Translations under genes and position numbers: made by a program
Notes under the pieces: model-generated
Told to the model about the DNA's origin: nothing
Seen by the model: only the letters and a program-made list of their open reading frames with translations
The model's database searches: none
Origin: Tubiluchus corallicola
Lineage: Eukaryota; Animalia; Priapulida
Length of the DNA: 64,000 nucleotides
Direction: 5' to 3'
Assembly: GCA_030141605.1 (NCBI GenBank)
Contig: JAQGDQ010000130.1
Span: 391,974 to 455,973 of the forward strand
In this document: positions 48,001 to 58,174 of the stretch, piece after piece
How positions within the stretch are numbered: position 1 is the first letter of the stretch
Layout of the letters: each line of letters starts with the position of its first letter

Positions 48001-50149
48001 CTTATTATTGAATTTAGCAGTTTAAAGTTGATTGTTATGCCAATTATGTTTGGTTGACGATTCTTTTCATTATTTGTGTTTTTTTGAGGTGGCATGTTCT
48101 GTGTTGTGTTTGGAATGGTGACTGCTGTCGGAATGTCCAACTTACAGTACGTGGATCTCAATTCGTCTCGTAATCTCTTCATTCTGGGTTTTTCATACAT
48201 CTTTGGGCTGGTATTGCCAATGTGGCTGGCTGAAAACCCTCACGTTGTCAACACAGGTCGGTAATAATGTCTTGTTTGTTTTGCGCTCTTGAATCATGAG
48301 TAATGCCTAAATCATTTTAATTACTATTGTTGCTTTGAGGCATGAGAAATAGCTGGTGTGTTCTTGATTTTTGGAGAATTTTAACAGTAACAGGCTGACA
48401 CACATTTAATGGGAATGACGTGTGGTCACTGTTATTTGATATTCACTCTGGTTGGTAGTATCCATAAACTTTGGCTGTTTACCTCATACGAGGATGAATA
48501 TACATGTGTTCTCATGCTGGTTCAGCAGTTCATATTGAGGTAGGTTCCAGTTACGCTACACACATCTCATCGAGTAGGCCCTGCTTTGGATTCTGGTCTG
48601 CAGTGTGTCGAAGGATATCTGGTTCTGGTCTGTTCGTTAGTTTTTAGTATTGTTTATTGCGAGCTTCCAGCTATGATAATTTTATATTTTACAGGCAGCG
48701 AGGTGTTTGATCAAATCGTGACAGTGTTATTTAGTACCAGTATGTTTGTTGGAGGATTTATGGGATTCATTTTGGATAACACTATACCAGGTAAACTTAT
48801 ACCAGCATTATATCCTCATAATACATACATTAGGTGAACTTGTCATGCTTTTTTATTGACTACTGTAAAGCTGGTTTGTTGTTTCCATGCTAAATTTTTG
48901 GCTACTGAGCAGCACAACCAGTTTCATTTTCTGCTTTTTACGTATTTTTTCAGTTTCTCATAGCTCATAGCTCAACAGCTTCCTACAGCTTATTAGTTTA
49001 TTAGCTGTCGCTTTTGTGATAACATGTTATATTTGAGAAGTGTTAGAAGTCAATCAATATACTAGCATCTGTTTTGAAACTGCATAACTAATAGATAGTC
49101 TGTTTTAAACAGTAGGCTTGTACTTTGATACATTGTTTTAATGACGCCAAAATAAGCCAAATTCTAGTGCTGCCATAATTATCTAACATTAGTGGTGCTG
49201 TCTTTGCAGTGTGTATTAAAAACAGTGTGATTTTGCTTGAAGTGTTTACTCTGTGGCTTTACTGCAAAATTCACGATAATTTCTAAAATTTCTACAAATT
49301 TTTTTCCGGGTGCACTGTAGGTTAAATTCTGTTTTGGGCTGACTTAATTTAAACTGTAAAGTTAACATTATGATTAGTTGTTATGAATTGATAATTTCGA
49401 AATCAACTGCAAATGACTATATCATGTCCTTTAATCTCACGTATAGATTAGTTGCCGCTTAACAAAACCACAGATAATAAAACCAGCAACTTTTAGAACC
49501 ATTTAAGCATTATCCAGAGTTACCACAATAGAAACTGTTGTTGAGAAGATTTGGTTAATAAGCCGTTTAACAAGACCACATTTGTCAATAAGCTGCTACA
49601 AAAACAAGAGCAAGAGCTATCTTTTTATGATACACAGTTGAAATCTAAGTCCTGATTCCTACATTCACCGCTGTTTAGCCAAAGTCACATTGGAAGTTAA
49701 AGTCGATCGTTTCGCCATAACCGGTTTGCATGTACAGCTGCTAGAGTTTAGTCTGTTGCACTTTAAGTCATTGAGGCTTTCCTCTGTTGAGGAATCTTTG
49801 CCAAATTCAGGGGATCACTTGTTCTCTCAGAGGATGTCTCTGTTTACCTGAACTCAGCTGTTTTTGCATTTTTTCAGGTACACTAAAGGAGAGAGGTTTA
49901 CTCGAATGGCGCAGACATCTTCAAATGGCTGGTAGTGGTGAAAGTGCTGACTCCTCTTGTTATGATTTCCCATGTTTCATGGACTGGGTACGAAAAGTGC
50001 GGTGGTTTAGGTATGTGCCAGTGTGTCCGACCTTTAAACTCGATCTTTTCTCCATTCACAAGTTAAGAAAAACAAAAGCATCCGAAGATTCAGAAACACA
50101 TTCTCCAGGGTTAATTAATCGCGGATTTAGTGACCAAACTAAGTTATAG
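32966..50149 (+). CDS. SLC23A: SLC23 / NCS2 (NAT) family nucleobase-ascorbate transporter, 652 aa
   Basis: 14 exons join in frame (1959 nt incl. stop): 32966-33001, 36550-36663, 36960-37106, 37720-37874, 41190-41340, 41898-42079, 43881-44001, 44697-44853, 45826-45981, 46508-46605, 47780-47885, 48089-48256, 48695-48790, 49878-50149. Motifs [67 protein letters not shown]. First two exons are less certain. Confidence 0.94.
33706..34026 (-). mobile_element. Degenerate CR1/L2-clade LINE fragment (post-RT C-terminal ORF2 region)
   Basis: [22 protein letters not shown]...ATRMV...[25 protein letters not shown] resembles the CR1 pattern RPHLEY..WSP...KD...ERVQRRATK...SYEERL..L.L..L..RR.RGD.IETYK. Confidence 0.8.
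35654..36083. repeat. Interspersed repeat family C, copy 1
   Basis: ~430 bp reverse-complement similarity with 38491-38920; the spurious ORFs 35644-35868(-) and 38752-38943(+) are alignable. Confidence 0.85.
36550..36663 (+). CDS. SLC23A: SLC23 N-terminal tail exon
   Basis: tttttag acceptor, 114 nt open [10 protein letters not shown]...TAPETE, GAG|gtacct. Confidence 0.75.
36960..37106 (+). CDS. SLC23A: SLC23 exon
   Basis: ...[23 protein letters not shown]. Confidence 0.93.
37720..37874 (+). CDS. SLC23A: SLC23 exon
   Basis: [21 protein letters not shown]...[14 protein letters not shown]. Confidence 0.95.
37945..38304. mobile_element. MITE family A, reverse copy, left end eroded
   Basis: Reverse complement of the 6218-6605 body; ends GCTGGAACTGTGAAAAGGCTTATT. 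Confidence 0.82.
38491..38920. repeat. Interspersed repeat family C, inverted copy 2
   Basis: See 35654-36083. Confidence 0.85.
39586..39717. mobile_element. Short TIR element with internal TTAGGG-like repeats (family D)
   Basis: TTACAATTCCACACACA...TGTGTGGGGAATTTAAA arms around GGGTTAAGGTTAGTGTTAGGG...; second copy at 62008-62133. Confidence 0.65.
41190..41340 (+). CDS. SLC23A: SLC23 exon
   Basis: [27 protein letters not shown]...WQSRMRE. Confidence 0.95.
41898..42079 (+). CDS. SLC23A: SLC23 exon
   Basis: [45 protein letters not shown]. Confidence 0.95.
42400..42540 (+). mobile_element. Possible 3' tail of an L2-like LINE/SINE
   Basis: TTGTAAAGCATGCTAGAGCA...CGCAATAGAAAAGTAAAATAAA followed by (CTTAAA)n, typical of such tails; no coding evidence. 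Confidence 0.4.
43349..43373. repeat. (TG)n microsatellite
   Basis: Direct reading. Confidence 0.9.
43881..44001 (+). CDS. SLC23A: SLC23 exon
   Basis: [18 protein letters not shown]...FFKLFP. Confidence 0.95.
44697..44853 (+). CDS. SLC23A: SLC23 exon
   Basis: [16 protein letters not shown]...ARTD...APWFRVPYP. Confidence 0.95.
45341..45619. repeat. Long imperfect foldback (arms ~120 bp)
   Basis: TCATGGACTTCGTCAGCTGTAAGG..ATACAATAATGAAAGTTACAGGTAAAA pairs with TTTTACCTGTAACTTTTATTATTGTAT..CCTTACAGTTGACTAAGTCCATGA. Confidence 0.85.
45826..45981 (+). CDS. SLC23A: SLC23 exon
   Basis: QWGKPT...[27 protein letters not shown]. Confidence 0.95.
46508..46605 (+). CDS. SLC23A: SLC23 exon with NAT signature
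   Basis: [32 protein letters not shown]. Confidence 0.95.
47780..47885 (+). CDS. SLC23A: SLC23 exon
   Basis: [35 protein letters not shown]. Confidence 0.95.
48089..48256 (+). CDS. SLC23A: SLC23 exon
   Basis: [35 protein letters not shown]...; acceptor is GAG. Confidence 0.92.
48695..48790 (+). CDS. SLC23A: SLC23 exon
   Basis: [31 protein letters not shown]. Confidence 0.95.
49878..50149 (+). CDS. SLC23A: SLC23 last coding exon
   Basis: [11 protein letters not shown]...CYDFP...YVPVCPTF...SDQTKL*. Confidence 0.93.
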
Positions 50150-53100
50150 CAATTCCTAAATACAAATACTGTATTTTTATAATTAGGCCACACTCTTTTG
50201 TCTAATTGTTTATTTGATTTTTTATACTGATGACTATTTTTTGTAATTATTTATATAATGGTAAGCATTAACATTTTGTCACTATCGCATGTCTTAGTAT
50301 CACTGAAAGTATTTTTAAATATAATATTTTTACTCATCATAATTTTGTTTGTTGATAATCAGGAGAATAAACTGTTTGTGTAAATAGAATTATAATAAAA
50401 TGACTGTAGAAAAAAAATCTGTATGTTATGTGGACTTTCTGTTTGTAAGGAACTCGAACATCTTTATAAAACTTATACTTTCCTTTAAAACAACTCGCGT
50501 GACTGCTAAATTTCTAGCAATTTTAATGTTTGAATACACACTCCTTGTGCATTGTGTTATGCTGATTTAGGTTTTCAAGTTTGTAATGTTAATGTATGTT
50601 TCATCATTGTAATATGGCGATATGTATGTAATATGTACTGTATCTGCAACACCGGTTAATTGTAACTTGCAGATGAAATAGAAAGTGTCGTTCGAAGGGC
50701 TAAGGGTCTCTTAACTTTATACTTTCGTATATGTGTACAGATACAATGTAGGAATTGTTGGAGCTAATTTAGCAAAATTAGCAGCCTTGTATCTTCCACC
50801 ACATAATATTAATAAGCAATTAGCAATTTTTTGTGCTTAGTCATAGTGTTGTTATATTTCCAATACCGGAGATTAGGTTGCAATCACATTTTTTTTATTC
50901 GCAATAAAAGTACGTTATGTGATTTTTTAACGTCTACAAAAAACATTGCTCCCATCTGTAAAAAAATTTGCAGAGTAACTGCACACTTTCCCTTACGCTT
51001 ATTAAACATAAGCAAAATGATTCTGTTCCTATGCAATGTTGACCATGTGATTATAGAGTGTCACTTTATCATTTTTATTAGTGACTGTTAAATGCCATTC
51101 GTGGATTCTTAGAATGGTTGGCCAGTGAAAATTTTTGGGCCAATTGTTAGGAGTTAGAAAACTAGGTCAGTGAATCCTCGCGATAAATACTCACCTTAAA
51201 ATTTTATATTATCTACATGCAATCTCAGTATTACTGCAACCAGAGCTCATAGGATGTGTAGTAATGCATAAAACTTGAAAACGAAAAAGTTCCTACATTC
51301 ATTCTAGATGCAGTCCATCAAAAAATCAATGTGCCATTTTGCAAAAGAACTAGAAGTCACTAGTGCCACAAGTAAGTAGTTTAATATTTTTTTGAACATG
51401 TGTAATAACTGCTGTCACAAAACATAGATGGTGCTGCTTGCTAATCTTGGCACAAAGTTCTGTTTTTTCTCAGTAACGTTAATCTTTTAGACAAGTGCAT
51501 GTACATGGAAATAAACGTTTGCACTTGACAATCTTTTCCCAAAAACAGTAAATTTTATTTTTAGACAGCTACACTTTTGTTGATGTAACAGAAAAATAAA
51601 AAGCTGCTTCCTTAAATGTATTATCAGTGTGCAGCTATTTGTTACTTTTGTCAAAACATTTATTAAGCATTTACAAATATTTACGCAAAACTAAGAAATG
51701 GTGTAGTATGTAGCACTATCTGTGTAAGTAATTGACTTTGATCTTACAAAGTGAATGACATAGCTTTTTAACTTTTGTGTCAATCTAATATCAAAAATTA
51801 TATTTAAAAACCCAAATGCTTGGGTAGAATAATCAAATTTCTGGTAAAGCACTCTAACAAGCTTCATGTTAACCTTTTTTATCACTTAAGAAATGAATTT
51901 ACTAGGTAAATGAAGCCACATATAAATACTAGACAAAATGAAGCCACAACCAAATACTAGACATGTTACACAAATCAGTCAGCTCATTTATGTAATACCA
52001 GCTGTCAGCTGCCACCAGCAGCAAATGAAGCAAGCTTTAAGATTTAAGAAATGTAATTTTTGTTTAGCTATAAAATTGATCAAAATCTTCATAAATATAG
52101 CATATCAACTAGTCGAAATTATATGTTAAGCTCTTAAAAAATTATATTAATAAAAAATTAAGGATGAGATTAGTAATTTCTAAATATTCTGATGGATCCA
52201 TCATTTAAATGCTAAGCTCTGAACAAATTTGAAAAACCATGAAAACTGTGGTTTTTGGTAGAAAAGTTTGGTAGGAAATTAAAAAGCTTAGCTGTTGATT
52301 TTCGTACATTCAGAAATCTCTAGAGTTTGTACTTCAGGGCCAGTGGCTGCTCATGGTTAAAATTAGTGGGGGTGCTGCTTCGAAAACTTACCCTTGTTTT
52401 AATATTGTGTAAAAAAACAAACATATGAAAAAATTTAGTTAAAAAGAAACACTACCTTACACTTGCACAGCAGGTTCGTCACTACATGAGCGACAAGTGC
52501 TCTCTCTTCCTATCGTTCAGCTTCTTATTTCGGACATGCATGGAAACAAAGACTTCTAAAAAGGGTTTTTGCAAACACTGTTCTAAAAATATGATAGAAA
52601 AGTCATCCAGAAAGGCATAAAAGCATATTCTCCAGATAAAAGTAATAAATATATATTTCTATTAAAAATAATGTTTATTTATCATCACTACAACCAAAGG
52701 GCTGAATTACAGCACAGCATAAAATTACAAAATATATTTTTTTTAAAAAGAATAAGCAAGGCAGAGCATACAACGGCGAGTATATTACACAGAGCTTTAC
52801 AAGATACATGAACGAAATAAATTAAAATGAGTCTAAACTTATGCTTCAGAGTCAAATCTCTTCAATTTTTGCAGCTACTGATAGTGAACAGACAAAAAGC
52901 ACTTATTTTGTTGAGTATAATTACACTCTTGTACATTTTACAAAAGTTTGCTGTTGCCACAAAATTCGCTTTTTGCCAATTTCATATTTCATGCCTCCAA
53001 AATACAATTTCACAAATTTATCTGCTTTTGGATAAGTTACTTCGGAGAAGCAGTGGTCTTTGGCAAGTTTGGAAGCGTTCTTTTAAGCATCCTGCTGGAA

Positions 53101-53344
53101 TTAAAACAATCCAACATCTTGCACATAAGCAAGGCAACCATTTTGCTTTCGTGTACTATTTAGTAATGCTTCTGATGTCACCGTTATCTAGTCTGAGGAC
53201 TCGGAAGAAAGTGATATAGTGCATAATCAATACACAGTTAAACATGCGTGGTGGGCCTTGTATCTTGAAAAGAAGCTCTGTAGCAGCATTGAGAAACTGC
53301 TTTCTCAGTGTCTCTTCTCACTTATATCCAACTACTGCCATTCA

Positions 53345-53930
53345 CAGCAATTACCCATCAGTATTTGGTTTACACTTGTATCCATCGGCCTTTGTTCATA
53401 GCATATATGCTTCAGCCTTTGGTTTGCACATGTGTCCATGAACTTCTGTTCATAGCATTTAGGCTTCAGTCTTTGGTTTGCATTTGTCTCCATCAACTTC
53501 CGAGTTAGCATTTATGCTTCAGTCTTTGGTTTGCATTTGTCTCCATCAACTTCCGTGATAGCATTTATGCTTCAGCCTTTGGTTTGCACTTGTGTCCATC
53601 AACCTCCGTTCATAGCATTTATGTTTCAATGCCTCAGTCTTTAGTTTGTACTAGTTTCCGTCAACCTTTGTTCATAACATTTACCCTTCAGTCTATACTT
53701 GTGTCCACCAACCTCTGTTCATAGCATTTATCTCTCAGTTTATGGTTTGCACTTGTATCCATCAACCTCCAATCATTGCATTTATCCTTCAGTTTTTGGT
53801 TTGCACTTGTGTGCACCAACCTCCGTTCATAGCATTCATGCGTCAGTCTTTGGTTTGCTCTTGTTCCCACCAACCTCCACTCATTGCATTTCTCCTTCAG
53901 TCTATGGTTGCATTATTCACCAACCTCCAT
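53345..53930. repeat. 54-bp minisatellite, about 11 copies
   Basis: Unit ~TGGTTTGCACTTGTGTCCATCAACCTCCGTTCATAGCATTTATGCTTCAGTCTT; starts at 53366, 53420, 53474, 53527, 53580, ... Confidence 0.92.
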
Positions 53931-54080
53931 CATTATATATAAATCATATGTCATCTTTCATATTGTCCCATGACACCTTTAGTATGCATGACACATTTTC
54001 AGAAATGAATGATGTTCTCCAAGTGTCACTACAGTAACTAACCTACAGTAGCCACAGCAAAAGAAAAACAGTTACACATA

Positions 54081-54222
54081 CAGTTGAACCTCGTTATATT
54101 GCCCCTCATTATAACGCTAGCCTTGCTATAATGCCAACTTTTGGTTTGCCCAGATTTCTGTAATGTATTAAATATAGGGAATACCTATATAGGGAATACC
54201 GCATTATAGCGAGGCTTGACTG
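54081..54222. mobile_element. Tc1/mariner (pogo/Tigger-like) MITE, 142 bp
   Basis: TA|CAGTTGAACCTCGTTATA...TATAGCGAGGCTTGACTG|TA: imperfect TIR with TA duplication. Confidence 0.8.
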
Positions 54223-54885
54223 TACTAATCTTGTAATAAAAACATATTCTAAAGCCATTGCTGATTTATTAAGCTTGCAGTAAATTTTTTAAAAGTCATA
54301 ATTTTCTATGCAGCTTTTTAAGAATGTTTCATCAAACATGAAAGCCTTTTGCGGAGTGCCTTTCTTGTTTTTTACAAGCATGTTCAGGTGGTGGAATTCA
54401 TAGTTAGACAACTGTATGGTTTTTGTCTCATACAGGTAAAACGATGATTTTGTCTTGGAAGGCCATCCACATATAATGATATCAAGTTTAGGGTAGGTAG
54501 GTGGCAGAAGATGTGGTAATGCCATTATAATAGGTGATTTAGTCACGAAATCGTTATCTGACAGTAATCGGTCATGATGAGCAGGAGTCAGCAGAATGGG
54601 TTGACGAGAATGAGTTCAGTGAATTGGAGCTGTCATGACTGATGCTAGTATAATCCACTGATCGTTTCCTGTTAATTAGCACAAGTGATGTTGTCGTCTG
54701 TCCTTGGGACGAGGAAGAATAAAACGTACAACTAGCCACATCAGTGTGATATTGATATCAGTGCAAGAGGTAGGTAGAAGGTAGGGCACATGACAGAGCC
54801 ACTATAGTGCAAAGTATGTATGTCCTCGAACTCGGCCGAAAACTTGATATCGTTATTTGCCCCTTACCTGCTCACAACCTGCCAA

Positions 54886-56292
54886 TCAGCTGTGCACTCT
54901 TCGTGTGCTAGTGACACTTTTTGGCAAAGGTCCGGCAAATATTTGGCACAAAAGGTATTCTGTAAAAACGCCAATTAGTCCAACGATGACACAAATGCAG
55001 AGAAAACCCAATAATGCTACTCTCCAATAGAATATCATGTCGTAAATCTGTAAAAATAAATAAAAAATCGTGATAAACATAAGTAAAGTATAACAAGTAA
55101 CACAGACCCATTAAAAATGACAAAGTTTCAGTTAATATAAACGAGTATGTTTTTAACTTATTCTTTGGTTTAGACAATTTGTTTATTTATAAACCGTGGA
55201 AGTGTCAGAAGTAACAAGCGCATCCAAAAATTCAATAAATTAAGATTTAGCAAAGGATAAATTACACCTGAAGTATTTACAAAAAATATTTTAAAATGGT
55301 TGAACTGTACATGAATTAGAAGTTCCTTCCCCGTCCTTTCTACAATACTACATTTGCCAACATTAGCTCAAAAAACTAAAAAAAAATGTAAAAAAATAAC
55401 CAATACCAATCAGACACAGTTATAAGATATATCTTGTGTAACACATAAAAATGGTTCTTCTTTGAATCTAATAAGTCACACATATATTTCAAAGCCATTT
55501 AACTTAACTTTTAGAAGGTGTAATCAATAAGACTTACGGCAACATCCTCCTCTGGTGGAGGTGCAAGAGATTCTCTAGGCAAAATCAACAAGAAAACAGT
55601 GATGCTGAGGGAAAGAAAAAACATAATAGGTCCAGCATTCCTAAACAAAAAAAGACAATGATGCAATACAACTATGTGAAACGAATTAGCAACGATTATA
55701 AACTTAACAAACATTTTAAGGGATAGATGAATATTAATTTAAATATTAAAATTTAATTCAGACATATAATTATGATGACGATGCCATTTACAGTCCAGGT
55801 CTAAATATTTCCATTATTCCTGTTATCATCACGCTTTTAAGAGAATCAAATTACCGTTAATTTGCACAAACTGACGACTCCTACAAATAAACGCCTGCTG
55901 TTTAAAAAAAAAGAAATTCAATTTAAAGCAATAAAAGTAGTAGTATATACACATATATGTGTAGCAAAACATAAAAAAAGAAATAAAAAACTAAGATAGC
56001 TAGTTTTGAAAATCAGAATGTCATAAATATGCAATACTGATATGAAAGTCGGGCAATGTCAAGAAAATTGCAGATGCGCGTTAAGGTACAACTAAGCACA
56101 GTTAAGTGTTTCACAAAATTTTAGGAAAAAAAACGTTTATTCTATTTATAAGTCTAATTAATATTTAGTGTACCTGCTTTTTGTCGTAGATCGGCTACAT
56201 GCAACACACAAACAAAATGTCAAACTCCATAGAAAGCCAAGTATTATGACCCCAAGGCCAACACCAAAAATTCTCATGCTTTCTTCTGCCAT
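54886..56292 (-). CDS. TMEM218: Transmembrane protein 218 (ciliary transition zone), 127 aa
   Basis: Exons 56174-56292, 55538-55640, 54886-55047 join in frame: MAEESMRIFGVGLGVIILGFLWSLTFCLCVACSR...FLLILPRESLAPPPEEDVAIYDMIFYWRVALLGFL...QIFAGPL; three hydrophobic segments and GVGxGV, LLxPR, IxDxxFxxR, I(Y/F)AxPL pattern match TMEM218 as I recall it. Confidence 0.88.
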
Positions 56293-56415
56293 TTTTAGTG
56301 AAGTTGATAAGGGTTCAAATTAGCAGTCGATTGTGATTTTATCTGAAAGATTCACACCATCACTGGTTATGAATATCACATAAAAACTGATCACTCCATG
56401 ACCAAGTAAGTTTTA

Positions 56416-56786
56416 CTGGCTTACTGTAATTTGCAAAACGAACTGAAAATTGTGAAATGTAGAGTGAGACTCGGCACAGAGGCAAAAAGAGAGGGGAGAA
56501 AAAATAGGAAAAGGAGAGATTAGAGAGTGAGAGAGACAAAAAGAAAGAGAAAAAGAGGGAACAAGGGAGAGAATGGGATGTGTATTGTCTCTCCCCCTCT
56601 TCTTCTCCCTAACACCCTCTTTCTCTCTCTTTTTAACTCACTCACTCTCTCTTTGTCTCAGTCAATCTCCATCTCTCGTTCTCCCACTCACTTTCTTTCT
56701 ACCACTATTCTGTTTCTCCAACATTTCGCAATTTCCAGTTTCCAGTTCGCATTTTCCGGCTTGTTTTGCAAATTGCAGTAAGCCAG
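56416..56786. mobile_element. Foldback/MITE, 371 bp, TTTA flanking duplication
   Basis: CTGGCTTACTGTAATTTGCAAAAC ... GTTTTGCAAATTGCAGTAAGCCAG, TTTA on both sides; purine-rich left half and pyrimidine-rich right half. Confidence 0.85.
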
Positions 56787-57197
56787 TTTACATGCCTGCG
56801 AAATCTAAGAGACCTAATCGCAAAACGGTTTTTAGAGGTCACTTCTCGACGATTTTCGAATACTCAACGAGTTTTGAAAGAACAAGATACTTGCTTAGAA
56901 AAATCACGTCTTCCTTGAAATTTTTGTGGGACAGTGCTCCAAAAGAAGCACAACTTGTACTAGCAGAGCATGTGTAGAGTACACTATGCACCGAGTACCC
57001 AAGACCGAATATTTAATCACCGAGTGATAGCCTTTTTGGCAATCTACCATGCGGCAAAAAAGTCAGAGGAAATCAACCTGAACGATCAACATCTGCATAT
57101 AAAGTACACAGCAAAATAAAAACAGTCAGCAATCTCAGCACGATGTGGTTCAAAACAACGTAGTGACAAATTTCACTGATTTTTACATTACCGCTTT

Positions 57198-58174
57198 TGT
57201 TGGGAGCCGTTTGGACCACTGCGCCAAGTAGACCAATTGGTCTGCTTGGGCTAGCCTAAGTAGACCGCGGTCTACATGGGCTAGCCCAAGGAGACCGCGG
57301 TCTACTTGGGCTGCCCAAGTAGGACACTAGAGACAGGTCGCGAATTGAGTCGTTAAGTGTACTGACACCGTCCGTTGTGCTTGTTTATGTAATAATAATA
57401 ATTAAAAACGTTAGTACACGTTGAATAATTTATTATACATTTAATAAAATAAAAGAATTTTATTCTGAGCTGGTAGAACGGACAATATTAAATTTGGTTT
57501 TGATATTAATGTTGTTGAAGTGAAAAAAACCACTTTTTTGCGAATACAAAACTTGTTTAAGGTATATCATTTTTGATTTTGTCTCACTCACTTCACAAAC
57601 AGGTGATCCGTTTCACTACCTCTTGGGCAAATAACTGTTTTCTTATAAGTAAACGTTCTAGCGATCTATGTGTCCTACATGGGCTAGCGAGCCATGTAGG
57701 ACAGTGCCCTACATGTTACAATACTACTGATAACATTAAAACTAATTATCCTTGCTTTTCTTAAATGTTAAAAATTACTTTTTGGTCTTGTGAAGGCTTA
57801 GCATCATCTGTCTCATTTTTAAATTTGCAATTATTTCTGTAATAACTGTGTGCAGAATTTCTCTCTTTAAAGCATTAGATACTAGTTTTAATGTTATGAT
57901 ATATTAATGGAGTTAATCATAATGATGAAATTATTGTAAGAAATGCATTTGTAAATTTCCAAGGAATATCCATTTCTAAAAGAAATTTTGTTTTATGCTT
58001 TATTATGTCATAACAATACTTATAAACAATGGTAATATAAACTGGAAACAAGTTTTGCCAGAGCAAGTTTCTCGACAAAAATCGCTAGTGTCCTACTTGG
58101 GCTGCCCATGTAGGACACTACTTTTAGCGCATCAAGTGGTCTACTTGGCGCAGTGGTCCAAACGGCTCCCAACA
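57198..58174. mobile_element. Non-autonomous DNA transposon, 977 bp, TGT...ACA ends, 5-bp TSD GCTTT
   Basis: 38-bp perfect TIR TGTTGGGAGCCGTTTGGACCACTGCGCCAAGTAGACCA; GCTTT at 57193-57197 and 58175-58179; no transposase ORF. Confidence 0.92.

Noticed and set aside
57239-57330. CRISPR-like short palindromic repeats
   Set aside because: No unique spacers, no cas genes, eukaryotic context; they are subterminal repeats of a TIR element
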